From: Candidatus Nomurabacteria bacterium
GTDB lineage: Bacteria; Patescibacteriota; Minisyncoccia; Phycocordibacterales; UBA1006
Assembly (NCBI GenBank): GCA_020632195.1
Contig: JACKGA010000003.1
Location: 3,832-67,831 of the forward strand
Direction: 5' to 3'
Length of the DNA stretch: 64,000 nt
Positions 28,433-41,257 of this stretch are shown in pieces; within the stretch, counting starts at the first letter, position 1, and every line of letters begins with the position of its first letter. The notes beneath the pieces are model-generated. The model saw only the letters and a program-made list of their open reading frames with translations, was not told where the DNA came from and did not search any database. The translations under genes were made by a program, and so were the position numbers.

Positions 28433-29278
28433 TTAGAGAAGGTGTTTATAGCTTTCATAAAGATTCACAAAAATCATTGCTACGGTTAGGGGCCCAATAC
28501 CTCCAGGGACAGGAGTATACCAGCTAGCTTGAGCATAACATGCTGGATCGATATCACCACGCAACACCCCCTCTCCTTCTGAAGTTCCTGCATCAATAAG
28601 AACGACACCTTCTGAGATCATATCCGGAGTAATCATGTGAGGCTTCCCAACACCACTTATAATAATATCTGCGGTAGTAAGTGATTGGATAAATATCTCA
28701 GATGGCGAATCTTTATCCAAAACTATAGGACTGATACCATGGTGTGCCAAGAGAGTCATCGTTGGTTTTCCTACGAGCTTTCCATTCCCCACAACTACGT
28801 ATAAACAATCAGTAGCAAAATTCTGTGGGGTGTGCTCTAGAGCAAAGCCAATCGCTCGCGCCACCGGTGGAATCATCGTACCGGTATTGCTTTCAAAAAT
28901 CTCATATGCTTCTTTCCCGAGAACATCTACATCCCAAGCAGGCGGTACGGTATCGAGCACGGACTGTACATCAATGTGTTGTGGAAGTGGTAGTTGTACA
29001 ATACATCCTGCTGGACCCGAAGTATGCTCAACGAGATCGCGAATATATGATTGGCAATCCTGAGTTGTACTCGAGACATCGAGTCGGTGGATCTCTACCC
29101 CAACACCAATATACTCGCCAAATCTTTTCTTCATACGTACAAAACGCTCAATAACCGGATGAAAGCCAACGATAATGATATGAAGGATAGGCTGATCTGA
29201 AAACACTGAAAAATCATCACGAAGGTGATTGCGTAGTTGTTGCATTTGCTCTTTGCCATTAAATACTTGCGTGTTCAT
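28433..29278 (-). CDS. folD: Bifunctional methylenetetrahydrofolate dehydrogenase/cyclohydrolase FolD
   Basis: TPVPGGIGPLTVAMIF, VVVGNGKLVGKP. Confidence 0.9.
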   Translation of the reverse strand: MNTQVFNGKEQMQQLRNHLRDDFSVFSDQPILHIIIVGFHPVIERFVRMKKRFGEYIGVGVEIHRLDVSSTTQDCQSYIRDLVEHTSGPAGCIVQLPLPQHIDVQSVLDTVPPAWDVDVLGKEAYEIFESNTGTMIPPVARAIGFALEHTPQNFATDCLYVVVGNGKLVGKPTMTLLAHHGISPIVLDKDSPSEIFIQSLTTADIIISGVGKPHMITPDMISEGVVLIDAGTSEGEGVLRGDIDPACYAQASWYTPVPGGIGPLTVAMIFVNLYESYKHLL

Positions 29279-29299
29279 AGTATAGATAGCGTGACGTGC

Positions 29300-30439
29300 T
29301 TATGCTGAACCAAGGCCCTCAAATTCATGACGCATATCATGAGGATGGGCGCGTCGCATATCATAACGCTCGATAGCCAGTACCATACCAAGAAAAATCC
29401 ATTCTACCAAGAGATGTGATCCTCCATAGCTCATGAATGGCAACGGCACTCCCGTCACCGGTAGAAGTCCTACATTCATCCCAATATTCAAAAAAATATG
29501 TGTCCCAAGGTACAATGCTCCCCCAATAAGTACAAAGCGTGAAAAATTGGATGAAGCATAGCGAGCACGCATAATAATACGACTCAGCATAATAACAAAG
29601 AGTACCAGCAAGAGGACAGACCCGACAAAGCCCCACTCTTCTGCAAAGCTCGCAAAAACAAAGTCAGTCTCGTGCTCAGGAAGAAATTGCAAGCGCGACT
29701 GGGTCCCGTAGCCGACCCCTTTTCCAAGCCACTGCCCAGAACCGACCGTAATCATCGATTGATATGAATTGTATCCTGCACCAAGAATGTCTGCCTGTGG
29801 GTTCACAAATGAAATAATACGTGCTTTTTGATAATCCTGAAATACAAACCCCCACAAAATACCGCCTGCAACTGCAGCAAGCACTGCAAAGAAAACAATA
29901 TGGCGACGCGTAAGACCCGACGCAAACAACATCCCAAGCCAAATTGCCAAAAAAATCATGGCAGATCCGAAGTCTGGCTGTAAGACAATCAAGGCAAAAG
30001 GAATAAAAAAATAAATTCCTGTCACGACAATATGTTTGATACGCGCAATCTCAATATGTCGGCGCGAAAGATATTTTGCAAGAATCAAGATGAGAATAAT
30101 TTTTACAAAATCAGCAGGCTGAAAAGAGATAGGCCCCAAAGAGTACCAGCTTTTTGCTCCATTAAATGTTGCCCCCAATCCAAAAAGTCCCAATAAAAGC
30201 AATATTCCTATTCCGTACAGGATGACAATAAACCACCGCGATTCTTTGATAATACGTAGATCAATAAACGAAATCCCAAAAGCAACAAGCATGCCGACAA
30301 GAGTAAAGACAAGCTGTCGTACAGCAAAACCATTGTTCCCCACGAAAGACATCATCGTCACCACACCCGCAAGTGTAATGGCGAGGGCTGGGGCAATAAG
30401 CCACCAGTCAAGAGTGTTTGTATCTGTATGAGGAAACAT
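29300..30439 (-). CDS. SEDS-family peptidoglycan polymerase FtsW/RodA
   Basis: LDWWLI first TM, QPADFVKI, PFMSYGGS; start moved to MFPHTD because a terminator hairpin lies in the longer ORF. Confidence 0.85.
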   Translation of the reverse strand: MFPHTDTNTLDWWLIAPALAITLAGVVTMMSFVGNNGFAVRQLVFTLVGMLVAFGISFIDLRIIKESRWFIVILYGIGILLLLGLFGLGATFNGAKSWYSLGPISFQPADFVKIILILILAKYLSRRHIEIARIKHIVVTGIYFFIPFALIVLQPDFGSAMIFLAIWLGMLFASGLTRRHIVFFAVLAAVAGGILWGFVFQDYQKARIISFVNPQADILGAGYNSYQSMITVGSGQWLGKGVGYGTQSRLQFLPEHETDFVFASFAEEWGFVGSVLLLVLFVIMLSRIIMRARYASSNFSRFVLIGGALYLGTHIFLNIGMNVGLLPVTGVPLPFMSYGGSHLLVEWIFLGMVLAIERYDMRRAHPHDMRHEFEGLGSA

Positions 30440-30478
30440 GGGGAGCAGTATGCAGGAGAGTGTGAGCAAAGTAAACAA

Positions 30479-30508
30479 CCAAAAAACCACCTCCCGGTGG
30501 TTTTTTGG
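30479..30508 (-). terminator. Intrinsic terminator-like hairpin upstream of the FtsW/RodA start
   Basis: aaaaaaccacc-tccc-ggtggtttttt. Confidence 0.55.
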
Positions 30509-30731
30509 TATGACTATCCTGTGTAACACCATTATCAAGGGTTTCGATATCATCACAGCCTTTTTCTTAAGGAGCTCCATTATTGAGGTTGTTAGCAATC
30601 TCTACATTGTATTTGTATTCACAATGATAATTATGTGCACTTTTAAGTACTCTGGGAGAAAGGTTTCTTCTATTTTGAATGCCAAAAAATGAAGAACTGA
30701 GTAACTCTATTGAAGAAACACAGCCAAGCTA

Positions 30732-31514
30732 CTAAAACTCCGGCTGATTAAATGGGTCGAGTGTGGTCACAATCTCAGTACGGACAATCTGCTGGACAAA
30801 AGGCTTCGGCCATGTAAAAGTCACGCGCTTGCGTGTCCCTTGCACAATCGTATCAATGAGTGTCTGACTGGTAGCAAATGCATTACCATTACTATCATAG
30901 ACAAGGGCTACGGCAGTGATATTACGTACATCAAAGTCTGCAGTATTCATCAAATCAGCACGCAAGGTCGGAGTGCTGTTTTCGCGCTCCCAAGCAATAC
31001 TCGAGGTTATGATATTCTGCTGAGCAAAGCGGTCTTCAGAACGAAACCATGTCGGATCCGCATCAAAGCGAAAATCAACCAATGCCGGCATACGCGTACC
31101 GACGACAATACCTGGCTCAAGAATCGCGATACGTTGATTGGGCGGGATCATCGTTGTCCCAGAGCGCTCAGCGATAAGAATATTATTGCGATCATAAATC
31201 AAAAAAGTATAGGGTACGCTCTGTGCTGCAGCAGCAACATTGGTATTCTGTACATAAGACACAGCATTATACACATCGTCAGTGACCGGAAGTGCACGCT
31301 GCCATGCAATAGAGATCGGTCGTGCATCTTCGCGACATACCAAATCACATACTCCTCCACAATCTATACCGCGCTCATCTTGATTTTGCTCGCCATCATA
31401 ACAAGTCTCAACCTGACGTGCTTTGTGACGTAAGATAAAAAAAAGGATAATCAAGGCAAAAAATCCTAAAACTATTCCGAGGTACATCAATTGTCGCTTG
31501 AGAGCCCAATTCAT
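30732..31514 (-). CDS. Signal-anchored hypothetical protein with Cys-rich CxDGxxNxDExGxDCGGxC module
   Basis: N-terminal TM LMYLGIVLGFFALIILFFIL; CYDGEQNQDERGIDCGGVCDLVC. Confidence 0.55.
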   Translation of the reverse strand: MNWALKRQLMYLGIVLGFFALIILFFILRHKARQVETCYDGEQNQDERGIDCGGVCDLVCREDARPISIAWQRALPVTDDVYNAVSYVQNTNVAAAAQSVPYTFLIYDRNNILIAERSGTTMIPPNQRIAILEPGIVVGTRMPALVDFRFDADPTWFRSEDRFAQQNIITSSIAWERENSTPTLRADLMNTADFDVRNITAVALVYDSNGNAFATSQTLIDTIVQGTRKRVTFTWPKPFVQQIVRTEIVTTLDPFNQPEF

Positions 31515-31556
31515 ATACAGAAGTATAGCAAAAATCTCAATAAAGGCATTCCTATG

Positions 31557-32498
31557 CTAGTGATTAAAATACCATTCAATTGCTTTTCTAAAAATCTCTT
31601 TTGCATCTTCTCGTCCACGCGGGAGGGCAGGGATACATTTATTTATAGTTACTCCTGAATTAATTTCAAGAACTTTCCAAGAATTAGCCATCTCATCAAA
31701 AAGAACATCCACCGAACAAAATACCATCCCAATTGCACGCACGGCTTTTTTGACAAGATCAATCATTGCAGGATCAGGCTCGCCGACAAATTCTGCTTTG
31801 GCACCTTTGCTCAGGTTGTGTTTCCAAGAAAGAACCTTATGCTCGCCTACTGCAACGATAGTCTGTAATGTGTTCTGATCTAAATATTTGAGTAGCAATG
31901 CTTCATTGTGTACTTCTAATAGCTCCCGCACAGTCCGTACTCCATCTCCTATAATTGAGGGAAGAATTTTTCTATATGTCAGTAGTATTTCATTATCAAG
32001 AACAATACAACGATATTCAAATTCTGATTGGATATAAGGAGAAAGTGCTACATCACGATTGAGTGCAAAAAGATCATATATCGCCCCGCGTGCTTCATCT
32101 ACATTTTGCACCAATGAAACGTGCGTGCCCAGCGAGCCATTTTTGGGCTTGATAACGAGTGGAAATGATGCTTTCTTAAGCAGGTTATCACAATATGATT
32201 GAACTCCTTCATTCGGTAGCCATTTTTGATCGTACGAAGGGTTGAGCAAAAGAGCATGTTCACTATGTGAGACGCCATGCAGTGACAAAATTTGTGACGT
32301 TGCAACTTTATCAGCAGCGATCATCTGGACTGCAGCAGGATTCAGATCCCATTGATACCCAAAAATATGAAGCTTCTTACCAGGAAATTGATCATGAGTA
32401 ATTTCTAAAATCCAATCATTTGATAAACACTCGACATGCCAACTGGATTCTCGGCAAATTTCTCTAATCAGCTCGGGAAGAAGGCGTTTACTGAACAT
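31557..32498 (-). CDS. ATP-grasp ligase (RimK/cyanophycin-synthetase-like)
   Basis: FPLVIKPKNGSLGTHV, IIGDGVRTVRELL, VLEINSG. Confidence 0.65.
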   Translation of the reverse strand: MFSKRLLPELIREICRESSWHVECLSNDWILEITHDQFPGKKLHIFGYQWDLNPAAVQMIAADKVATSQILSLHGVSHSEHALLLNPSYDQKWLPNEGVQSYCDNLLKKASFPLVIKPKNGSLGTHVSLVQNVDEARGAIYDLFALNRDVALSPYIQSEFEYRCIVLDNEILLTYRKILPSIIGDGVRTVRELLEVHNEALLLKYLDQNTLQTIVAVGEHKVLSWKHNLSKGAKAEFVGEPDPAMIDLVKKAVRAIGMVFCSVDVLFDEMANSWKVLEINSGVTINKCIPALPRGREDAKEIFRKAIEWYFNH

Positions 32499-32524
32499 AA
32501 GGCACGTAGATCATACCATAGTTT

Positions 32525-33808
32525 TTATGAAGAAAGTTTTTTTGTTTTTTGCTTACTTGTTTCAATATGGACGAGTTTTTCTAGTTTTCTTTTATCTCTC
32601 AAAAGAGCAGGTCTATCTTTGTTGTAGAGAGTAACCTTCAATACATACTCTCCACCATTCTTTGCATGGAGCGATCGATCGCCTTTCTTTAATCGGACAT
32701 CAACAGAACTAAAACTTTCCAATTGTTTGATTTTTTTGACACCGTTGATCTTTGTAATATATCCCTCTTGCTGGGGAAAGAAATATAAAATAGTGGTAAA
32801 TCCAATCGCCTTATTTTTTATAAGAGGCTTTTTACCCATACGAATCAATATATCATTGATGGTATGATTGATTCCGTAACATTGCATATACATATCATGA
32901 CGGTTTCCTCCAATACGCGGTCCTATTTCGATAATCTTCCATTCAACGCCTGTGTAGACGAGCTCTATATGTGTAGTCGTATTTTTAATACCTAGTGCCT
33001 GTATCCCTATACGAGCAACCTCCTGTGCCTGTATAAATTTTTCTAAATGCATCTTCTTGGGAAATGTCCTTTCATAGAGGAAAAAATCGTCAAAGCCTTT
33101 CTGGGCGCTAGTCTGATATTTCACAAAAGGAAGAAAATAAACGTGAGAAAAATCATCAACATATGCATCTACTGAATAGATATTGCCTTCTATCATTTCT
33201 TCGATGAGAATCGATGGGTTTCCTCTGCCAGATTTTTTTTGATAGAGATGCTTTATTCTTTTTTGTATTGAAGCCAACACGTGTTCCAATTCTTCCTTGT
33301 AATGAGCTGCCTGAATCAGCAAGCTCGCTGCAAGTCCTGAGGGTTTCACAATCACAGGAAACTCTAGTGAAGTGGCAATAGTATCAATATCAAAATGATC
33401 AATATCTTTTATAATTTTAAAGCGTGGAGTAATTGATGGATCATATTTTTTGAAGGCTTTGCGCATTTTTGTCTTTTCGGTTGATTTTTCAAGCGCATCT
33501 ACAGTAGGTGTCAAAATATGCTTGGGTACATATGGGATGAGTTTTTTAAATAATGTGATATTTTTTTCTGAACGTGCAGTAATACACAACACCTGATCGC
33601 CATATGCCGCTACCCAGGATCGCAATGATTCTGGGTCATCAAAATCAAGAATCATATCGTTCTTCGACGGAGTCTTCATCTTTTTATCGTGGAGCACAAG
33701 AAGTTGCCATTTCTTTTGATGAGTTTCTATATAAGAAAGAACTTCATGTCTCGTATCTTTCTTTATATTGCCCACAAAAACCACATATTTTTTTACGAGT
33801 GCCATCAT
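32525..33808 (-). CDS. ATP-grasp ligase (L-amino-acid-ligase/carboxylate-amine-ligase-like)
   Basis: FPVIVKPSGLAASL, ILIEEMIEG, IIEIGPRIGG; start moved to MMALVKK downstream of the promoter at 33834-33843. Confidence 0.65.
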   Translation of the reverse strand: MMALVKKYVVFVGNIKKDTRHEVLSYIETHQKKWQLLVLHDKKMKTPSKNDMILDFDDPESLRSWVAAYGDQVLCITARSEKNITLFKKLIPYVPKHILTPTVDALEKSTEKTKMRKAFKKYDPSITPRFKIIKDIDHFDIDTIATSLEFPVIVKPSGLAASLLIQAAHYKEELEHVLASIQKRIKHLYQKKSGRGNPSILIEEMIEGNIYSVDAYVDDFSHVYFLPFVKYQTSAQKGFDDFFLYERTFPKKMHLEKFIQAQEVARIGIQALGIKNTTTHIELVYTGVEWKIIEIGPRIGGNRHDMYMQCYGINHTINDILIRMGKKPLIKNKAIGFTTILYFFPQQEGYITKINGVKKIKQLESFSSVDVRLKKGDRSLHAKNGGEYVLKVTLYNKDRPALLRDKRKLEKLVHIETSKQKTKKLSS

Positions 33809-33833
33809 AGGGAAATGATTAAAAAACTGGGAT

Positions 33834-33843
33834 ATTGTACACA
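33834..33843 (-). promoter_or_regulatory. TGTGTACAAT -10 element (member of the recurrent TGTGTAYAMT motif)
   Basis: Minus strand tgtgtacaat, 25 nt before the ATG at 33808. Confidence 0.4.
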
Positions 33844-33888
33844 AAAAATCGATTTGTGCTAGAAATGCAAAAAAAATAAAAACCCTCT

Positions 33889-33999
33889 GTTCTGGCGACT
33901 ACCTACTTTCCCCAATGAAGAGTATCATCGGCTCAAGAGGGCTTAACTTCTGGGTGCGGAATGTAGCCAGGTGTTGCCCCTCCGACATGTCACCAGAAC
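33889..33999 (-). rRNA. rrf: 5S ribosomal RNA
   Basis: Minus strand aligns with the E. coli 5S layout (…CCGAUGAUACU…GGGAAAGUAGGUAGUCGCCAGAAC); terminal helix GUUCUGGUGAC/GUCGCCAGAAC. Confidence 0.9.
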
Positions 34000-34158
34000 A
34001 CAAGGTTCTTAAAAATATAATGTATCCTATCAATCGTAAGAACACGATCAGTATCATATATGCGGGTATGTATCTAACTATTCGAGCAACAACTTGCTTG
34101 CTTCACACGAGAAGTGTGAAAAGAAAACATAACAATTTTGCATGTCATTCTCATGTTT

Positions 34159-37462
<3,304 letters not shown>

Positions 37463-37842
37463 ATGCATAAGAACCACAAAATTTTGTTATGTATCTCTGC
37501 ATCATTTCTGATACAGAAGACAAACAAGTGAATACTTCATTTTCTTATAGAAGAATATGAAGTATGTTTATTGCTCGATACGAATTATATATCTCGATAA
37601 AAATATATAATCCGCACATTTAGTTAGTACGATCAATCACATATCTTCCCGAAGGAAAAAATATGATCGACCCACATATATGATACTGACAATGTTCCGT
37701 CATTCGGTAAGAAAAAAGATCCGTGATCAAGCGGAGTCTGGTCTACAGAAGACAAAGGTTTCCCGAATGTTCTTCTCGTTGATCAAACGTGGTTCCGCAC
37801 ACGCGTATCTCTTATCAACAATCTTTCTGGATACGAGGGCGT

Positions 37843-37870
37843 AGTATACACATATTTTTTTTGAGCGCAA
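37843..37870 (-). promoter_or_regulatory. Candidate rRNA promoter
   Basis: Minus strand TTGCGC, 16-nt spacer, (TGTG)TATACT; about 375 nt upstream of the 23S 5' end. Confidence 0.3.
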
Positions 37871-38209
37871 GCCCTGTCTTCGTCATCCGAGAACCTTTCG
37901 AATACATTAACAAATGTACCCGTAAACTCTTTGTTTTTAAAGTCTTAACCATCGTAGGTTTTGAGGTTCAATAATGTAGCAACTGCAAAAGAAATCTGAA
38001 TAGTCAGCAAGCCTATAGAAGCAGTCTGTAAAAGAGTGGGTAGTTGGGGGTTTGTTATAAGGTAATTAAACATATTTAAATTATATACGCTTGTTCTTAC
38101 TTAGTCCTTGATAAATTTTTATTTTATAAATGGTATAATCAAGTGATGGGTTAAGAATTACAAGACAGGCTATTATTGCAAAGCTGAACCAGCTCTCTTG
38201 TCTCAAAAT

Positions 38210-39133
38210 CTAAGATATAAATGTTATTGTACTAGAAAATGACTCATTGTGATTAAGAGATTCTTTAAATGAAATACTGAGATAGGCATCTAGTTCTTCT
38301 TTCGGAATTGTTTGATATAGGCTATTTGACATTGCCCAAAACTCAGCACGTAAAGTTAGTATCTCATTTATAGCTTTTATTTGTTTAGAAGCTTTTCCTG
38401 TTTCAAATATACTTTTTTTCCTGCTTATCCACCTTGAAGATCTGCCTTTCAAACTACACATCATTATTATTGTTTTCGATCCCCAAGGGAATATATTTAA
38501 TACTACGGCTGCAGGTAATTTAAAAGTTCCTATTTTTTGATCTCCGATGTTAAGTAGTGTTGATATACAAACTTCCACATGTTGGGTTTCTGAAAAAAAT
38601 AGATCTAGTGTACTAAAATCACTCTCTATCAAAGAAGTTTCTAATATAGTTTTAAACTTCTTCATCTGTTCAATACCCACACTAGACCCATCTCTATGTG
38701 CAATTAGAAAAGGATCCATCATATGCTCCCTAAGTAATTTACCCGACATCTCGTAAACGAGCTCTTTTCTATATAGCTCATTACATAGAGAGCGATATGC
38801 AAAGAGTGCCTGTTGATAAGGAGTAAAGACAATTTCAGTATCTTTTTCTATTTCTTTGAAGACTTGGTCATCATGATTCTTACAAAAACCTTTGAAAGAA
38901 TAAGCATTATTTAAACCGACTGGTTTAAATTCGTGAGCTTGCCCAAGGTTTTCCGAATAAAGGTTCTCTTGGAGCATTATGACATGATCATTTTCAGCAA
39001 CTTGATCTAAAACCCCATTTTTTTGAAGAACATGCGAGTTGATTGCAGGCTCATTGCAGTCACGATACATACAGACCCTTTTTTTATTTTTTACATCTTT
39101 CCAGAAATTCCCAATCTCATGTTGTTCTAACAT
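38210..39133 (-). CDS. Hypothetical protein, AT-rich orphan with N-terminal CxxxxC...SH motif
   Basis: 307-aa ORF; RVCMYRDCNEPAINSHVLQKNG and GFCKNHDDQVF; visibly lower G+C than its neighbours. Confidence 0.55.
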   Translation of the reverse strand: MLEQHEIGNFWKDVKNKKRVCMYRDCNEPAINSHVLQKNGVLDQVAENDHVIMLQENLYSENLGQAHEFKPVGLNNAYSFKGFCKNHDDQVFKEIEKDTEIVFTPYQQALFAYRSLCNELYRKELVYEMSGKLLREHMMDPFLIAHRDGSSVGIEQMKKFKTILETSLIESDFSTLDLFFSETQHVEVCISTLLNIGDQKIGTFKLPAAVVLNIFPWGSKTIIMMCSLKGRSSRWISRKKSIFETGKASKQIKAINEILTLRAEFWAMSNSLYQTIPKEELDAYLSISFKESLNHNESFSSTITFIS

Positions 39134-39226
39134 ATTATCTTAATTTTATCATACCAACATGATCTAGTGCCAAAAAATAATGATCCTATTGTATCCCCCG
39201 CAAAAGGCATGTCAAGGAAACATAAA

Positions 39227-39258
39227 TAAAACCGCGCGCCTCACGGCACGCGGTTTTG
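39227..39258 (-). terminator. Intrinsic terminator
   Basis: aaaaccgcgcgcc-tcac-ggcacgcggtttt. Confidence 0.7.
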
Positions 39259-39282
39259 CATGATGTAGAAATCAAAAAGAAA

Positions 39283-40044
39283 CTATTTCGTAGGATGATG
39301 TTCGTCTTCTTTGAGATTGTGTGAAGTTTCTTCGATAAAACGAGCAGCTGCATCGCGCCCGCCGAGCCCGAATGCAAGACCGCCAGCAAGCGCCACCATC
39401 GCGATCACAGCGATGAAGATAGCTTGGAGATAGGTCTGAGCAATTCCCAATTGATCGAGCACAAGAATGATCGTAAAGATCCACACCGCCCAACGAACAA
39501 CCGTACCGATCATATGGCTGCGTGTCCCGTGTTGTACGAATTTGAAACTTGCTTTAGCCAATTTTGCCAAGAACTCTGCAAGGATAGATCCTGCAAAAAG
39601 AATAACTGCTGCAATGGCAAGGTTCGGAATGAAGTCTGTTGCGATAGTGCTGAGGAACATATTGATCGCATCAAGATGCAACATATCGAATGCAAAAATT
39701 GCAAAGACAACAATAAAGAACCAACGCCCAATTTCGCCAATAAACTTTCCTGAATTGAGTTTGTATCCTGCCTTTGCAAGAAATTCATCAACACCAGAGT
39801 GTTCGAGGAAGGTATCGATTTTCAATGTCTTGAAGATTTCCTCAATGACATGTTTGAATAGCCATCCAATCAAGAAGCCAAAAATAATAAAGAAAATAGC
39901 AAAGAACACCTGAGGCAACACAGCAGCAACGCTATACCACATGGTCTGGAGTGAACCGAGAAGTGTATCGGTCGTGATCGATGCTTGTTGTGCTACTGGT
40001 GTCCAGTGTCCTGTAGCAGCGGTTGAAATGTATTGTAGAGACAT
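39283..40044 (-). CDS. Membrane protein with conserved TM-helix repeats (MscS N-terminal-like)
   Basis: Repeated helix-loop units ending GLAFGLGGRDAAARFIEE. Confidence 0.55.
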   Translation of the reverse strand: MSLQYISTAATGHWTPVAQQASITTDTLLGSLQTMWYSVAAVLPQVFFAIFFIIFGFLIGWLFKHVIEEIFKTLKIDTFLEHSGVDEFLAKAGYKLNSGKFIGEIGRWFFIVVFAIFAFDMLHLDAINMFLSTIATDFIPNLAIAAVILFAGSILAEFLAKLAKASFKFVQHGTRSHMIGTVVRWAVWIFTIILVLDQLGIAQTYLQAIFIAVIAMVALAGGLAFGLGGRDAAARFIEETSHNLKEDEHHPTK

Positions 40045-40105
40045 AAATAAAAGAACTTTAAATAAAATAATAACGACATGAGTAATGCCGTTATTATACC
40101 AATTT

Positions 40106-40744
40106 CTAGAGCGTCACACCAATTTTATCAACAACTCGCTCATGGGGATACTCGAAGACATCGAGCAGGTGCTGATCATACATTTCCATACGGTAGGCAA
40201 ATTCTTCAGGAGTGAAAACGGTGTAGCGTAATTCTTTACCAATTTCTGATTCAAGTATTCTGATAGTACGGTCGAGTTTCTTGAGATCCATTTTGTCTCC
40301 AACTACCATCATATCGGTACTCCGATCAGTATCTTTCATAAAAATACCAGAAAGGACGAGCATTTTAATAGAGCCATTTCCCTTGAAACGCTTATACAGA
40401 TCTTTGGTCTTGACGAGCTCATTATCGATCAAGAGGCTTTCGAGTGGCTTAACCAAAGGAAATTTTTCATCCAGTATGAAGCCATTTGCTTTTTTCTTTT
40501 TGATAGTGGGATTTTTCTTTTGCGCCTTGGTGCGTGGCTTGAGCATAACTTCTTTTGTGAAGATCTTCTTTTTAAGAAAACCAGTTTTGAGGAGAATACT
40601 CAATTCGCGTCGCGCGGTAGAAGTACTGACTTTGCTACGCTCTGCAATATCATTTGTATCGTAGGGTGTTTCTGGATTAAAGAGAAACAAACGCATGATT
40701 TTTACGCGAGCTGAACTATCAAAAATTTTTGCGAGATTTTCCAT
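40106..40744 (-). CDS. Winged-helix (ArsR-like) transcriptional regulator with extra C-terminal domain
   Basis: SARVKIMRLFLFNPETPYDTNDIAERSKVSTSTARRELSILLKTGFL. Confidence 0.6.
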   Translation of the reverse strand: MENLAKIFDSSARVKIMRLFLFNPETPYDTNDIAERSKVSTSTARRELSILLKTGFLKKKIFTKEVMLKPRTKAQKKNPTIKKKKANGFILDEKFPLVKPLESLLIDNELVKTKDLYKRFKGNGSIKMLVLSGIFMKDTDRSTDMMVVGDKMDLKKLDRTIRILESEIGKELRYTVFTPEEFAYRMEMYDQHLLDVFEYPHERVVDKIGVTL

Positions 40745-40852
40745 GGTGATCATTATAGCAAACTTATAGCATCTTCGTCATCCCTATGAGAAAAACAAGA
40801 GGAATTTTATTGCGAAAGAAATATAAAAAAGTATGATGAGCTAAAAAATTAT

Positions 40853-41221
40853 ATGGATATATCAGCGCTTCTCGAGTATACGATACGTATAGGTATCGTT
40901 ATTTATTTCATTTGGATAATTTCTCTTTTGGTTGTTTTCAAAACGAATGTTTCGTTTCAACCAAAGTATAGAAAAATACTCATTGGATTTATTGTTCTTT
41001 CAAGCATGTTTTTAATCTGCTCGAAAATCATTGAATTTATGTTTCGTATCTGCCATACCCCCAACGCAGCCTTGTATCATATAATAGTGCAAGGACTACC
41101 CTCTGTGTTACTTATTATTATTGCACTGGCGATAAGCATAGTGGCGCTTAAGAAAATTAACAAGGTGCGCATCATAAAAGACGAGCAAAAAAGATTACCT
41201 AATGGAAAAGACACCCTCTAA
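40853..41221 (+). CDS. Small membrane protein (hypothetical)
   Basis: Four hydrophobic helices; terminator overlaps the stop codon. Confidence 0.5.
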   Translation: MDISALLEYTIRIGIVIYFIWIISLLVVFKTNVSFQPKYRKILIGFIVLSSMFLICSKIIEFMFRICHTPNAALYHIIVQGLPSVLLIIIALAISIVALKKINKVRIIKDEQKRLPNGKDTL

Positions 41222-41241
41222 ATAAATTGGGTGTCTTTTTA
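41207..41241 (+). terminator. Intrinsic terminator
   Basis: aagacaccc-n12-gggtgtcttttt. Confidence 0.65.
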
Positions 41242-41257
41242 TATTCCTGCAACACGT

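Noticed and set aside
30840-31433. Long antisense ORFs (for example 30840-31433 +, 39467-39913 +, 11826-12266 -, 60360-60845 +, 6612-7055 -, 53583-53819 +)
   Set aside because: They are shadow ORFs opposite well-supported genes, with low-complexity or biased composition and no motifs.
38131-38139. Plus-strand TGGTATAAT pointing into the 3' end of the orphan gene (possible antisense RNA promoter)
   Set aside because: It lies in an extremely AT-rich tract where TATAAT-like strings arise by chance. There is no downstream plus-strand ORF or terminator.
37463-38209. Search for 16S rRNA, spacer tRNAs or boxA upstream of the 23S
   Set aside because: No 16S-like conserved blocks were seen, no GGTTCGAATCC-type T-arm on either strand, and no boxA (GCTCTTTAACAA) in the sense orientation.
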